This document shows, piece after piece, positions 19,594-28,161 of a stretch of 40,954 nucleotides of DNA (position 1 is the first letter of the stretch; every line of letters starts with the position of its first letter). Source of the DNA: a virus; IMG/VR virus record IMGVR_UViG_3300001528_000272, positions 1 through 40,954 of that record; one strand, written 5' to 3'. A program made the position numbers and the translations under genes. Under the pieces are notes generated by a model, which saw only the letters and a list, made by a program, of their open reading frames with translations, ran no database searches and had not been told where the DNA came from.

Positions 19594-19800
19594 ATGGAAA
19601 TATTAGTGTTTGTATTGTTAATAGTTATTTTAATTTTAACAGCAATTTTAGATAAGAAAAATAGAAAAATAGCAATATTAGAAAATAACTGGGAAACTGC
19701 TAAGATAGTTATTGGCAATTTTGATCCTAGTTTCAAAAAATACTTAGAGGAAAACTCCCAGGTTTCAATTAAGATTGAAAAAGGAAGCAAGAAGAAATGA
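19594..19800 (+). CDS. Small membrane protein
   Basis: N-terminal TM. Confidence 0.45.
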   Translation: MEILVFVLLIVILILTAILDKKNRKIAILENNWETAKIVIGNFDPSFKKYLEENSQVSIKIEKGSKKK

Positions 19801-19901
19801 TTGAATATTCAAGTATAAATAAATTGCTTCAAATGGTTAATTTGTTTTAAATTTTGAATATAATATAATATGTGTTATAATATATATTATTGAGGAGGGA
19901 A

Positions 19902-20318
19902 AACATGACTAAAAATTTTATTTGTTATCCTATGATTATTGAAAAACATTCTGAAAAAGAGTTATATAATGCTTATTTCCCAGATATAGAAGGTTGTCAT
20001 ACTAGAGGGAAATCCATACAAGATACTATTGAAAAAGGGAAAGAAACATTAGGATTACATTATCTAGAGTTAGAAAATGATGAAAGAGAAATCAAAGAAC
20101 CTAGTGATCCTAAAGAAATCAAATTAAAGGATAATCAAAAATTAATTTATATTGATGTAAATATGAAATGGTTTAGAGAAAAGGATAAATATAAATCAAT
20201 TACTAAAGCAGTAACTTTACCTAAATATTTAAATCAAAAAGCCATTGAAAGTGGAGTTAATGTATCAGCAATTTTACAAAAAGCATTAATGGAAACATTG
20301 GATATCAAAGAGGACTAA
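19902..20318 (+). CDS. HicB-like antitoxin-family protein (orphan)
   Basis: YNAYFPDIEGCHTRGKSIQDTIEKGKETLGLHY and C-terminal ribbon-helix-helix-like LPKYLNQKAIESGVNVSAILQKAL. Confidence 0.75.
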   Translation, partial: NMTKNFICYPMIIEKHSEKELYNAYFPDIEGCHTRGKSIQDTIEKGKETLGLHYLELENDEREIKEPSDPKEIKLKDNQKLIYIDVNMKWFREKDKYKSITKAVTLPKYLNQKAIESGVNVSAILQKALMETLDIKED

Positions 20319-20333
20319 TATAGTCCTTTTTTA
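20308..20333 (+). terminator. Rho-independent terminator
   Basis: AGGACTA-ATA-TAGTCCTTTTT. Confidence 0.8.
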
Positions 20334-20350
20334 TTTTGTTAAAAAGTCAG

Positions 20351-20429
20351 AAAATTGTAAATTATCACTTGACATATATTATAATATATGCTATAATATA
20401 TACTGTAATTAAGGGAAGGAAGGATTAAA
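20351..20429 (+). promoter_or_regulatory. Promoter/leader copy 2 (TTGACA-17-TATAAT)
   Basis: TTGACA 20369-20374, TATAAT 20392-20397; near-identical to 16867-16950. Confidence 0.88.
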
Positions 20430-20882
20430 ATGAAACTAACAGAAATGATTAATGAAAAAGAAAAAATATTAGATGAAACAAGTTTTGGATATTTAAAAGG
20501 ACTTGTAAATGGATACTTTGAAAAATTCAGCAAAGATAATGAAAATTGTTATAAGTATTATTTACAAACAAAAAAGGTATTTACAAAAGAATTTTATGAT
20601 GTTGTATTTGAAGAAATTGAAACCTGGGGAGAAATGAGTGTTAGTCCTTATTCAACAAGCACATATAATAGCAAAAATATAAGTTGGGGGCATAAACCTG
20701 AAAATAGTTTAAGATTAGCAGATCATTGGAATTTTGAAAGCCAAAATCAAATACATTGCTTAATGGAAGATAAAACAAAAAATGAACATATGATGCTTTG
20801 CAAATATGTTGATGGTGTTTATAAAATTGTTAAAGATTATACAGAAGAATATGGAGATGATTTTATATATGCAATGGCATAG
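20430..20882 (+). CDS. Hypothetical protein
   Basis: ORF directly after promoter/leader copy 2. Confidence 0.6.
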   Translation: MKLTEMINEKEKILDETSFGYLKGLVNGYFEKFSKDNENCYKYYLQTKKVFTKEFYDVVFEEIETWGEMSVSPYSTSTYNSKNISWGHKPENSLRLADHWNFESQNQIHCLMEDKTKNEHMMLCKYVDGVYKIVKDYTEEYGDDFIYAMA

Positions 20883-21261
20883 TATTGAAATTAATATTCA
20901 AAATATTGAAACTGAAACAGGAAAGGCAACCTTAATAAAAATGCCTAATAAATCAAAATATGCAGGATATAAATTTTGGCATCCATCTAAACTAGTTAGA
21001 TATGGTTCTAATACTTATGCTAGAAGTATTGGGTACACTGATGATTTTACATTTAAATTAAAAAAATATGGAAATGGTAAACATAATAAATTTGATGTTA
21101 TTGATGAAATAGAAATTAATGCAGAAGAGTTTGAAGAAGTGTTTGATTGTATGGAAGATTGTACTAGAGCAAAAGAAGATAGTACATATTTAATTGTTAA
21201 AGAACCTGAAAAAATAGATAAAGAAGTAGAAATTGAGGAGGTGTTAAAAAATGAAATATAA
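20806..21261 (+). CDS. Hypothetical protein (likely start 20866)
   Basis: ORF. Confidence 0.55.
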   Translation: MLMVFIKLLKIIQKNMEMILYMQWHSIEINIQNIETETGKATLIKMPNKSKYAGYKFWHPSKLVRYGSNTYARSIGYTDDFTFKLKKYGNGKHNKFDVIDEIEINAEEFEEVFDCMEDCTRAKEDSTYLIVKEPEKIDKEVEIEEVLKNEI

Positions 21262-21490
21262 TCAACTTAAATGTCCTGACACTTGTTGGATACTAAATTA
21301 TTTAAAAATATCAGATTGTGAAGTTACTTATTATTGGACATTTACCGATGTAATAGATGGTGAAGTTCAAGAAGATAAAACATACAAAAAAACCGAAATA
21401 TTAAATGAACAAAATGAATTTATAGCAAAGTTTGATCATAGAATTTACAAAGTTAATATTAAAAAAGGCAGTGTCACAAGATATGAATAG
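21251..21490 (+). CDS. Hypothetical protein
   Basis: ORF, coupled start. Confidence 0.5.
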   Translation: MKYNQLKCPDTCWILNYLKISDCEVTYYWTFTDVIDGEVQEDKTYKKTEILNEQNEFIAKFDHRIYKVNIKKGSVTRYE

Positions 21491-22712
21491 CAATCAAATT
21501 AAAGCCTTTGAAAAATTTAAAAAATTAAAAGTTGGAGCATTATTTATGCAAATGGGAACAGGCAAAACTAGAGTAGCAATTGAATTGGTTGATTATAATA
21601 AATGTGATTTATTAGTTTATATAGCACCATTTAGCACTTTAAAAAATATTGAAAATGAATTTATCAAATGGAAATTAGAAACACCATACATATTAATTGG
21701 TTATGAGACTATTAGTTCTAGTGATGTTAAGTATTTAGAATTATTAAGTAAACTTGAAAACAAAAGAGTATTTATAGTAGCAGATGAAAGCATATTTATT
21801 AAAAATGAAGAAACGAAAAGATATAAAAGACTACTAGAAATTAGAAAGCATTGTGAATATGCATTAATCCTCAATGGAACTCCTCTAACAAAAAATGAAT
21901 TTGATCTATACAATCAAATGAACTTCTTATCACCTCTAATAATGAAAATGTCAAAGCAACAATTCCAAAACACTTTTTTTAAAAAAATAACATATAAGAA
22001 AAAAGGTCATAAGGAAAATACCTTTTATAAATTTAGTGAAGTTAATGCAGAACTACTTTATAAAATGGTAGAGCCTTATATATTCAAATGTAATTTTGAA
22101 TTTAATAAAAAAGAACAGGACCAATATATTTATATTTCTTATGAAAATGAAGATAACTATTATATAGAAAAAGAAAATAAATTAAGTGAGTACATAGAAA
22201 AAGGAACATCAGATGTAATTATAAATATGCTTACTTCATTAAATGTAATTGCAAGCAACTATACAAAAAAGAATGATGAATTAATTAAATACATAAAAAA
22301 CAAGCGAGTAATAGTATTTTGCAATTATTTAGATGAAATTGAATATATAAGTGATAGAGTTGAATGCTATTTAATCACTGGAGAAACTAAAAGAAGAGAT
22401 GTAATAATTGATAATTTTAAGAACAATAATATTCCTTTATTAATGACTTATGGGGTAGGATCATATTCTTTAAATCTTCAATTTTGTGATGAAATAGTTT
22501 ATTCCAGTATTAACTTTGATTATGCAAAATTAGAGCAGTCTAAATATAGAATTAAAAGAATAGGTCAAGAAAAAGATATAAAATATACTTATTTTTTAAC
22601 TGATTTAGGGATTAACAAATTGATTCTAGAAAATATAAAAAGAAAGTGTACACTAGAAAATTTAATTAAAGAAAAAATGAATGGAGGGATAGAATGGCTA
22701 AAAAATATCTAG
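21432..22712 (+). CDS. SNF2/DEAD-box-like helicase
   Basis: Walker A MQMGTGKTRVA, VFIVADES, LNGTPLTKNEFDLYNQ, C-terminal YIKNKRVIVFCNYLDEI / QSKYRIKRIGQEKD. Confidence 0.85.
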   Translation: MIIEFTKLILKKAVSQDMNSNQIKAFEKFKKLKVGALFMQMGTGKTRVAIELVDYNKCDLLVYIAPFSTLKNIENEFIKWKLETPYILIGYETISSSDVKYLELLSKLENKRVFIVADESIFIKNEETKRYKRLLEIRKHCEYALILNGTPLTKNEFDLYNQMNFLSPLIMKMSKQQFQNTFFKKITYKKKGHKENTFYKFSEVNAELLYKMVEPYIFKCNFEFNKKEQDQYIYISYENEDNYYIEKENKLSEYIEKGTSDVIINMLTSLNVIASNYTKKNDELIKYIKNKRVIVFCNYLDEIEYISDRVECYLITGETKRRDVIIDNFKNNNIPLLMTYGVGSYSLNLQFCDEIVYSSINFDYAKLEQSKYRIKRIGQEKDIKYTYFLTDLGINKLILENIKRKCTLENLIKEKMNGGIEWLKNI

Positions 22713-23992
22713 ATAAAAATGTATATGAAGCGGCACTAGAAAGAATCAAATATATATTTAATGAATTTGACAATGTACTTGTTTCATTTAGTGGCGGTAA
22801 AGATAGTTCTGTATGTTTAGAAATGTGTTATGACTATGCCAAAAAGCATAATTTATTATATAAATTGGGAGTAGTACATTTAGATTATGAAGCACAGTAT
22901 CAACAAACAACAGATTTTGTAGATGAAACATTTAAAAGATTTAATGATATAAAAAGATACTGGTTATGTATACCTATAAAAGCACAATGTTGTTGTAATA
23001 TGCAAAAGCCTTATTGGATACCCTGGGAACAGTCAAAAAAAGATATTTGGGTTAGGGATATGCCTGATTATGAATATGTGATTAATGAGAATAACAAAGA
23101 GTTTAATATTTATGATGAAGATTATGAAATACCTAAAGATTTTTTTAACTGGTTTACTAAAAAAAATGGGAAGACTGCTAGTGTTATAGGAATAAGAGCA
23201 AGTGAAAGTTATAACAGACATATATTAATATCTTCAATGAATGGAAACATTAAAAAGTATAAAAAAAAGAATTACATAGTAGATAATGTATGGAATAAAG
23301 ATTTATATAGCACTTATCCTATTTATGATTGGGAAACTTCTGATATATGGGTATATAATTCTAAATTTAACAAGCCATATAATAAACTATATGATTTATT
23401 CTATCAAGCAGGATTAACAATAGAACAAATGAGAGTAGCAAGTCCTTTTAATGATTGTGCTGGAGCAACATTAAAGCTATACAAAGTAATAGATCCAAAG
23501 AATTGGGGCAAGATGGTTGGAAGAATTAACGGTGTTAATTTTATGGGATTATATGGTGATACAACTGCAATGGGTTGGAAGAAGATAACTAAACCTAATC
23601 ACTTTACTTGGAAAGAATATTGTTACTTTTTATTAAATACATTAGATGAAAAGACAAAACAACATTATCTAGATAAACTAAATACTTCTATAAAATTTTG
23701 GAAAGAAAAAGGTGGAGTATTAGAAGAAAATACTATAAAAGAATTAAAAGATAATAATTATGATTTTATTGATAAAGGAAATACAAGCAAAATTAGTACT
23801 AAAAGGGTAGTTTCCTTTGAAGAATATCCTGATGATTTAGATGTAACTAATTTTAAGGAAGTACCTACTTATAAAAGAATGTGTGTATGTATTATCAAAA
23901 ACGATTATTATTGTAAATATATGGGATTTGCACAGACTAAAGAAGAAATAGAAAAGAGAAGGAGAGCGGTGAGAAAATATGAAAACTTATAA
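22694..23992 (+). CDS. ibrA: IbrA-like PAPS-reductase/PP-loop family protein (DUF3440-type)
   Basis: LVSFSGGKDSSVCLEM PP-loop; overlapping start with helicase; followed by ParB-like partner. Confidence 0.8.
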   Translation: MAKKYLDKNVYEAALERIKYIFNEFDNVLVSFSGGKDSSVCLEMCYDYAKKHNLLYKLGVVHLDYEAQYQQTTDFVDETFKRFNDIKRYWLCIPIKAQCCCNMQKPYWIPWEQSKKDIWVRDMPDYEYVINENNKEFNIYDEDYEIPKDFFNWFTKKNGKTASVIGIRASESYNRHILISSMNGNIKKYKKKNYIVDNVWNKDLYSTYPIYDWETSDIWVYNSKFNKPYNKLYDLFYQAGLTIEQMRVASPFNDCAGATLKLYKVIDPKNWGKMVGRINGVNFMGLYGDTTAMGWKKITKPNHFTWKEYCYFLLNTLDEKTKQHYLDKLNTSIKFWKEKGGVLEENTIKELKDNNYDFIDKGNTSKISTKRVVSFEEYPDDLDVTNFKEVPTYKRMCVCIIKNDYYCKYMGFAQTKEEIEKRRRAVRKYENL

Positions 23993-24488
23993 AAGTCCTG
24001 TTTATAATGTACAGGCAGTACCAATAGAAAAAATTCAAGCAAATGCTTATAATCCAAATAGTGTAGCACCTCCTGAAATGAAATTACTTTATAAATCAAT
24101 ATTGGAGGATGGATACACAATGCCTATTGTCTGCTATTACCTAAAAGACCAAGATAAATATGAAATAGTAGATGGCTTTCATAGATATAGAACTATGTTA
24201 GAGCATAAAGATATTTATGAAAGAGAAAATGGTTTAATGCCAGTAGTAGTTATTGATAAAGACTTAGATAATAGAATGGCTAGTACTATCAGGCATAATA
24301 GAGCAAGAGGATCACACTCAATTGAATTAATGACAAATATAGTTGCTGATTTAGTCGAAAGTGGTATGAGTGATGCTTGGATAATGAAAAATATAGGTAT
24401 GGATGCAGAAGAACTATTAAGATTAAAACAAATTAGTGGATTATCTAGTTTGTTTAAAGATAAAGAATTTAATAAGTCATGGGAATAA
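23979..24488 (+). CDS. ibrB: IbrB-like ParB-domain protein
   Basis: IEKIQANAYNPNSVAPPEMKLL...VDGFHRYR...IRHNRARGSH. Confidence 0.8.
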   Translation: MKTYKSPVYNVQAVPIEKIQANAYNPNSVAPPEMKLLYKSILEDGYTMPIVCYYLKDQDKYEIVDGFHRYRTMLEHKDIYERENGLMPVVVIDKDLDNRMASTIRHNRARGSHSIELMTNIVADLVESGMSDAWIMKNIGMDAEELLRLKQISGLSSLFKDKEFNKSWE

Positions 24489-24545
24489 CCATAACTTATA
24501 TAAGTTCTTTTTTTGTAAAAAAGTTTTCAAATAGAAGTATTTTGT

Positions 24546-24627
24546 TTGTTTTGTGTAAACATATATGTTATTATATATATAGAGGTTAAGAGATAACCTA
24601 CTAAAACATCAAAGGGGAAAACAAAAA
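24546..24627 (+). promoter_or_regulatory. Promoter plus structured leader A, copy 1
   Basis: TTGTTT-17-TATTAT; AGGTTA-AGAGA-TAACCT hairpin 24583-24599; then ACTAAAACATCAAAGGGGAAA. Confidence 0.75.
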
Positions 24628-24885
24628 ATGAAACTTCTTATTTTAGCAAAAGGTAAAGATGTTGAAGATCAAATTGCAAAGTGTTTAAATTATGCAATGT
24701 TACATGGAGTTGATACAGCAGAAACAGTAAACAATATGTCACAGGCAATAACAAGATTGTCAGAAAGGGATATAAATGCAGTATTAATATCAAATATGCA
24801 TGTAGTAGCAGATGATGAATTTGAATATGAAATAGTAGAAAGTACATTTGCAAGATTTAGAGCAAAATTAGTAATAGTAAAATAA
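24628..24885 (+). CDS. Hypothetical protein
   Basis: ORF after leader A, AAAGGGGAAA RBS. Confidence 0.6.
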   Translation: MKLLILAKGKDVEDQIAKCLNYAMLHGVDTAETVNNMSQAITRLSERDINAVLISNMHVVADDEFEYEIVESTFARFRAKLVIVK

Positions 24886-24914
24886 AAAGAGAGGGATTAA
24901 TTTCCCTCTTATGC

Positions 24915-24927
24915 TTCAAATAATAAA
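24915..24927 (+). repeat. TTCAAATARTAAA motif copy 4
   Basis: exact; intergenic. Confidence 0.9.
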
Positions 24928-24947
24928 TTTTAAGGGAGTAATTGAAA

Positions 24948-25112
24948 ATGATATTATATGCAGAAATTTTAAATATGGCTATTGATAAATACAACTCAAA
25001 TAGAAAAGAAGAACAACATCTTGAATACTGGGAAGTGATTGATGAAATAAACGACACAGAAGATCCAGTTGAAATGTTAAGTACAATCATAGAAATATTT
25101 AAAGAAGCCTGA
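24948..25112 (+). CDS. Hypothetical protein, 54 aa (paralog of 25192-25353)
   Basis: MILYAEILNMAIDKYNSNRKEEQHLEYWEVIDEINDTEDPVEMLSTIIEIFKEA. Confidence 0.55.
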   Translation: MILYAEILNMAIDKYNSNRKEEQHLEYWEVIDEINDTEDPVEMLSTIIEIFKEA

Positions 25113-25132
25113 ACCCTTTAAGGGTTCTTTTT
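25111..25132 (+). terminator. Rho-independent terminator
   Basis: GAACCCTT-T-AAGGGTTC followed by TTTTTC. Confidence 0.85.
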
Positions 25133-25191
25133 CTTTGATTTAAAATAATATTTCTAATATAATAAAATTTAATTTATATTGGAGGTATTTT

Positions 25192-25353
25192 ATGTTTAAA
25201 TGGTATGCAGAACTTAGCAAAGCAGTAGATATTTATAATGAAAAAGTGAAAGAAGAAATTGAATATCATGAGGTGTTAGAAATGATACAAGATAGATACA
25301 ATGAAAAAGAAGTAATGGAATTAATTATAAAATTTTATAGTATGGTACATTAG
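25192..25353 (+). CDS. Hypothetical protein, 53 aa
   Basis: MFKWYAELSKAVDIYNEKVKEEIEYHEVLEMIQDRYNEKEVMELIIKFYSMVH; GGAGG RBS. Confidence 0.55.
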   Translation: MFKWYAELSKAVDIYNEKVKEEIEYHEVLEMIQDRYNEKEVMELIIKFYSMVH

Positions 25354-25390
25354 AAAACCCCTGATAACATAGGATTATCAAGGGTTTCTT
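25354..25390. terminator. Bidirectional terminator between convergent genes
   Basis: AAACCC-C-TGATAA-loop-TTATCA-A-GGGTTT. Confidence 0.8.
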
Positions 25391-25393
25391 TTA

Positions 25394-25439
25394 TGTTCAT
25401 ATCTAACTTTAACCACTTGGCTATATGTAGTTATGAACA
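25394..25439. other. Candidate phage attachment site attP for the serine recombinase
   Basis: 46-bp dyad with 8-bp perfect outer arms TGTTCATA/TATGAACA and inner CCA-CT-TGG exactly at the centre, 7 bp from the integrase stop codon. Confidence 0.75.
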
Positions 25440-25445
25440 CGAATA

Positions 25446-26804
25446 TTATAAGAAATCTACATCTATTTTAAAATCTTTATTAAGCTTAATTTCCTTTATC
25501 AAATTTCTCCATAAAGCCCTTTGATTTTCTTTGTCTAAAGAGTTATAAACATCTTTCCAATCACTCTTTAAAAATTCTTCTAATATAGTAATATCAGTTT
25601 CCTTTGGTGTTTCTTTTTGTAAGTTTGCTAGTTCTTTTTCAAGTGCCTCATATTCTTTATCATACTTTTTAATGTCGATTCTTTTCTTTTGGAACATATA
25701 ATTTAAGTTGTCAATTTCCTCTAAAATTTCATTAATCCGATTTTGAGGTAAATCGGTTTTATCTGCTGGTTTAACTTCCATAACTTCTGCAATATGTTTT
25801 TGAGCGAGTTTTTCAACATTTTTTAAAAGGAAGTCTAAAATTACATTTTCATTAATAACCTTACCACTAGCACATGCTTTATTTCTTTGGTTGTTGCTAC
25901 AAATGTAACCCCAGTATTCTCTAATTGTCCCATTTTTGTTTTTTCTTTTGGTGAACTTACCAACCATTTTAAACCCACAAAAAGGGCATTTCATTAGGGA
26001 GGTGAATAGATAAACATTAGTTCCTTTTCTTCCTTTAACATTTGCTTTTCTTCTTTGTACATTCTTTTCAAATTCTTCTTTTGTGATGTATGGAGGGTAG
26101 TAATTAGGATTACCTTCATATAGTCCATAGTATTCAGTACTTGTTAGCATTCTATAAATACAATTGTAATTCTTGCTTATGTCGTATTTACCATTAATAT
26201 ATGTCATAGTGCCTCTTATAGTATGATGTTTAGCAAAATATTCAAATATATCATTTACAATAGGTATAAGTTCAGGATCTTTAACGATTGTTTTCTTATT
26301 GTCTTTGGTTACGATTTTATAACCATAAGGTTGGTTACCACTTACTGGTTGCCCTTGTTTAATCTTAAATTCAAATATTGATTTAATCCGTTCGCTTGTC
26401 TTTTCGGCTTCCCTTTGGGCGAGTGATACCCTTAAATTGAAGTTGAACTTACCATCAGCGGTAGTTGTATCAATATCTTCTTCTTCAATTGATTTAATGG
26501 CTACATTGTATTCTTCCATAATCTCAACCATTTTGTTTGCTTGTAATACATTTCTAGAGAAACGATCCAAACGAGTAAATACAAGTACATCAAAAGTGTC
26601 AAGATTATTTAACATTCTTAATAAATCAGGTCTTTTCATTTTTGTAGCAGTAAACCCCTCATCAACATATATTTCTACTAATTGACATTTATTTTCTTCT
26701 GCATACCTTATAATCCTATCTATTTGTGCTTGAACTGAATATCCATATTTCTTTTGTTCATCGTGTGAAACCCTAACATATCCTGATATTCTTTTTGCTT
26801 TCAT
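25446..26804 (-). CDS. Large serine recombinase (site-specific integrase)
   Basis: GYVRVSHDEQKKYGYSVQAQ, FTRLDRFSR, CPFCGFKMVGKFTKRKNK zinc ribbon, coiled coil. Confidence 0.95.
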   Translation of the reverse strand: MKAKRISGYVRVSHDEQKKYGYSVQAQIDRIIRYAEENKCQLVEIYVDEGFTATKMKRPDLLRMLNNLDTFDVLVFTRLDRFSRNVLQANKMVEIMEEYNVAIKSIEEEDIDTTTADGKFNFNLRVSLAQREAEKTSERIKSIFEFKIKQGQPVSGNQPYGYKIVTKDNKKTIVKDPELIPIVNDIFEYFAKHHTIRGTMTYINGKYDISKNYNCIYRMLTSTEYYGLYEGNPNYYPPYITKEEFEKNVQRRKANVKGRKGTNVYLFTSLMKCPFCGFKMVGKFTKRKNKNGTIREYWGYICSNNQRNKACASGKVINENVILDFLLKNVEKLAQKHIAEVMEVKPADKTDLPQNRINEILEEIDNLNYMFQKKRIDIKKYDKEYEALEKELANLQKETPKETDITILEEFLKSDWKDVYNSLDKENQRALWRNLIKEIKLNKDFKIDVDFL

Positions 26805-26875
26805 TTCCCAATATCCCCTTTAAATTCTAGTTGTAATAATATTATATTTTGTTTCATAATGTAGTTATTAAATAT

Positions 26876-26887
26876 ACTATTTGAAGC
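26876..26887 (-). repeat. Reverse-oriented motif variant GCTTCAAATAGT upstream of the serine recombinase
   Basis: + strand reads ACTATTTGAAGC. Confidence 0.75.
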
Positions 26888-27066
26888 GTTTATCTTTCAC
26901 AATGTGATAAGAAAGGATTGATAATGTGAATATTACTAAATTCTATGAGTTATTGTATGAATTATATGCCAACCAAAATAATTTAAAAATTAAAATTAAA
27001 GTTAAAGAAGTATCTTAATAATATATTCTTAATCAATTTTGTTATAGTTGATTAGGAGGTGATATT

Positions 27067-27222
27067 ATGAAACATACTGTTATAAGAAAAAAGCCTACAA
27101 AAGAACAATTACAAAGATTATATGATGTTTGCAATCGTTTATTTAAAGATAATGAAAACTGCTTCTATACAGAAGAAGAAATAAAAAAATTAAAAAGAGA
27201 TAAAACTAATATATGGCTCTAA
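27067..27222 (+). CDS. Small hypothetical protein, 51 aa
   Basis: MKHTVIRKKPTKEQLQRLYDVCNRLFKDNENCFYTEEEIKKLKRDKTNIWL; AGGAGG RBS. Confidence 0.55.
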   Translation: MKHTVIRKKPTKEQLQRLYDVCNRLFKDNENCFYTEEEIKKLKRDKTNIWL

Positions 27223-27242
27223 AGCATAAAATATCACCTCCT

Positions 27243-27275
27243 TGAAGTATCAAATAGAGATACTTCTATTTTTTT
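27243..27275 (+). terminator. Rho-independent terminator
   Basis: GAAGTATC-AAATAGA-GATACTTC then TATTTTTTT. Confidence 0.8.
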
Positions 27276-27640
27276 ATTTGCTCCTTTGCTATGATATACA
27301 TTTTCATAATTTCTTCACTCAATTCTTGCTTTTCTTCAAAAGGTACAGTATCATTTTCAAAAATTAATTTTGCACGAGCCAATAAATCATTAACTTCTAC
27401 TTCTTCTGTTTTTAATCCTAATGTTTCTAAAGATACTCCAAAAAAGTCTGCTAATATTTTTATTTGATGAATATTTAAATTTCTTCTCCCTGTTTCTAAA
27501 TTACTTACTTGTCCTCTACTTAAACCTCCTAAAACTTCTCCAAGTTCATCTTGCCTCATTGATCTTGCTTTCCTTAATTGCCTAACCTTTTCTCCAATTT
27601 CCTTAGTATCTAATGACTTTTGTATTTTAGTCATTTCCAC
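27266..27640 (-). CDS. cI-like XRE-family repressor (short)
   Basis: HTH: MRQDELGEVLGGLSRGQVSNLETGRRNLNIHQIKILADFFGVSLETLG. Confidence 0.85.
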   Translation of the reverse strand: MEMTKIQKSLDTKEIGEKVRQLRKARSMRQDELGEVLGGLSRGQVSNLETGRRNLNIHQIKILADFFGVSLETLGLKTEEVEVNDLLARAKLIFENDTVPFEEKQELSEEIMKMYIIAKEQIKK

Positions 27641-27680
27641 ACTCCCTTTCTAATTTATCAAATATAAATATACACTAAAG

Positions 27681-27799
27681 TATTCAAAAAGTAAAACTTT
27701 AAGTTTGAAAATGACAATTTATTATTGACAAAATTATTTAAATATAGTAAAATGGTAATAGATGGTAGTGAGGTGAAGTGTATGCTTCAAAAAGTAAAA
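27681..27799. promoter_or_regulatory. Divergent operator/promoter region with two copies of TTCAAAAAGTAAAA flanking the cro-side promoter
   Basis: TTGACA 27725-27730, 17-bp spacer, TAAAAT 27748-27753; repeats TATTCAAAAAGTAAAA (27681) and TGCTTCAAAAAGTAAAA (27783). Confidence 0.75.
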
Positions 27800-27843
27800 T
27801 TACCTTTCAATAAGAAACATTGTTAGGAGGTGATTAAAATAAT

Positions 27844-28065
27844 ATGAGATTTAATCTAATTAAATTTAGAAAAACCAGGGAAAAAGGGAAGAAAAGCATT
27901 ATATACTTTTCTAAACAATTAGGCATAACAAGGCAACATTATTCAGATATTGAGAGTGGCAAATCTAATCCATCATTTGGACTTATGGAAAGGTTCTATG
28001 AGGTATTTGAAGATGAACTAATAGATGAATATTCTGATATGTGGTTGTTATGGAAAAAGGGATAA
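27844..28065 (+). CDS. Cro-like XRE-family regulator
   Basis: FSKQLGITRQHYSDIESGKSNPSFGLMERFYEVF. Confidence 0.8.
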   Translation: MRFNLIKFRKTREKGKKSIIYFSKQLGITRQHYSDIESGKSNPSFGLMERFYEVFEDELIDEYSDMWLLWKKG

Positions 28066-28161
28066 TAACTCTAATGTGTAGAATTAACTGAAAAATTGAA
28101 ATAGAGAACACAAGTTTGTATTATTAGTATTGCAAGAAAATTTTCTTTGGAGGACAAAGCA

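Noticed and set aside
19371-20882. A hicA toxin next to the HicB-like gene
   Set aside because: Neighbouring ORFs are a coiled-coil protein, a membrane protein and an unrelated ORF; none has HicA character.
24889-24910. AGAGGGA/TCCCTCT hairpin as a terminator
   Set aside because: Pairing is real but no U-tract follows, so function as an intrinsic terminator is not supported.
26897-26907. TCACAATGTGA palindrome upstream of the serine recombinase
   Set aside because: Short single copy; could be an operator but no second copy was noticed.
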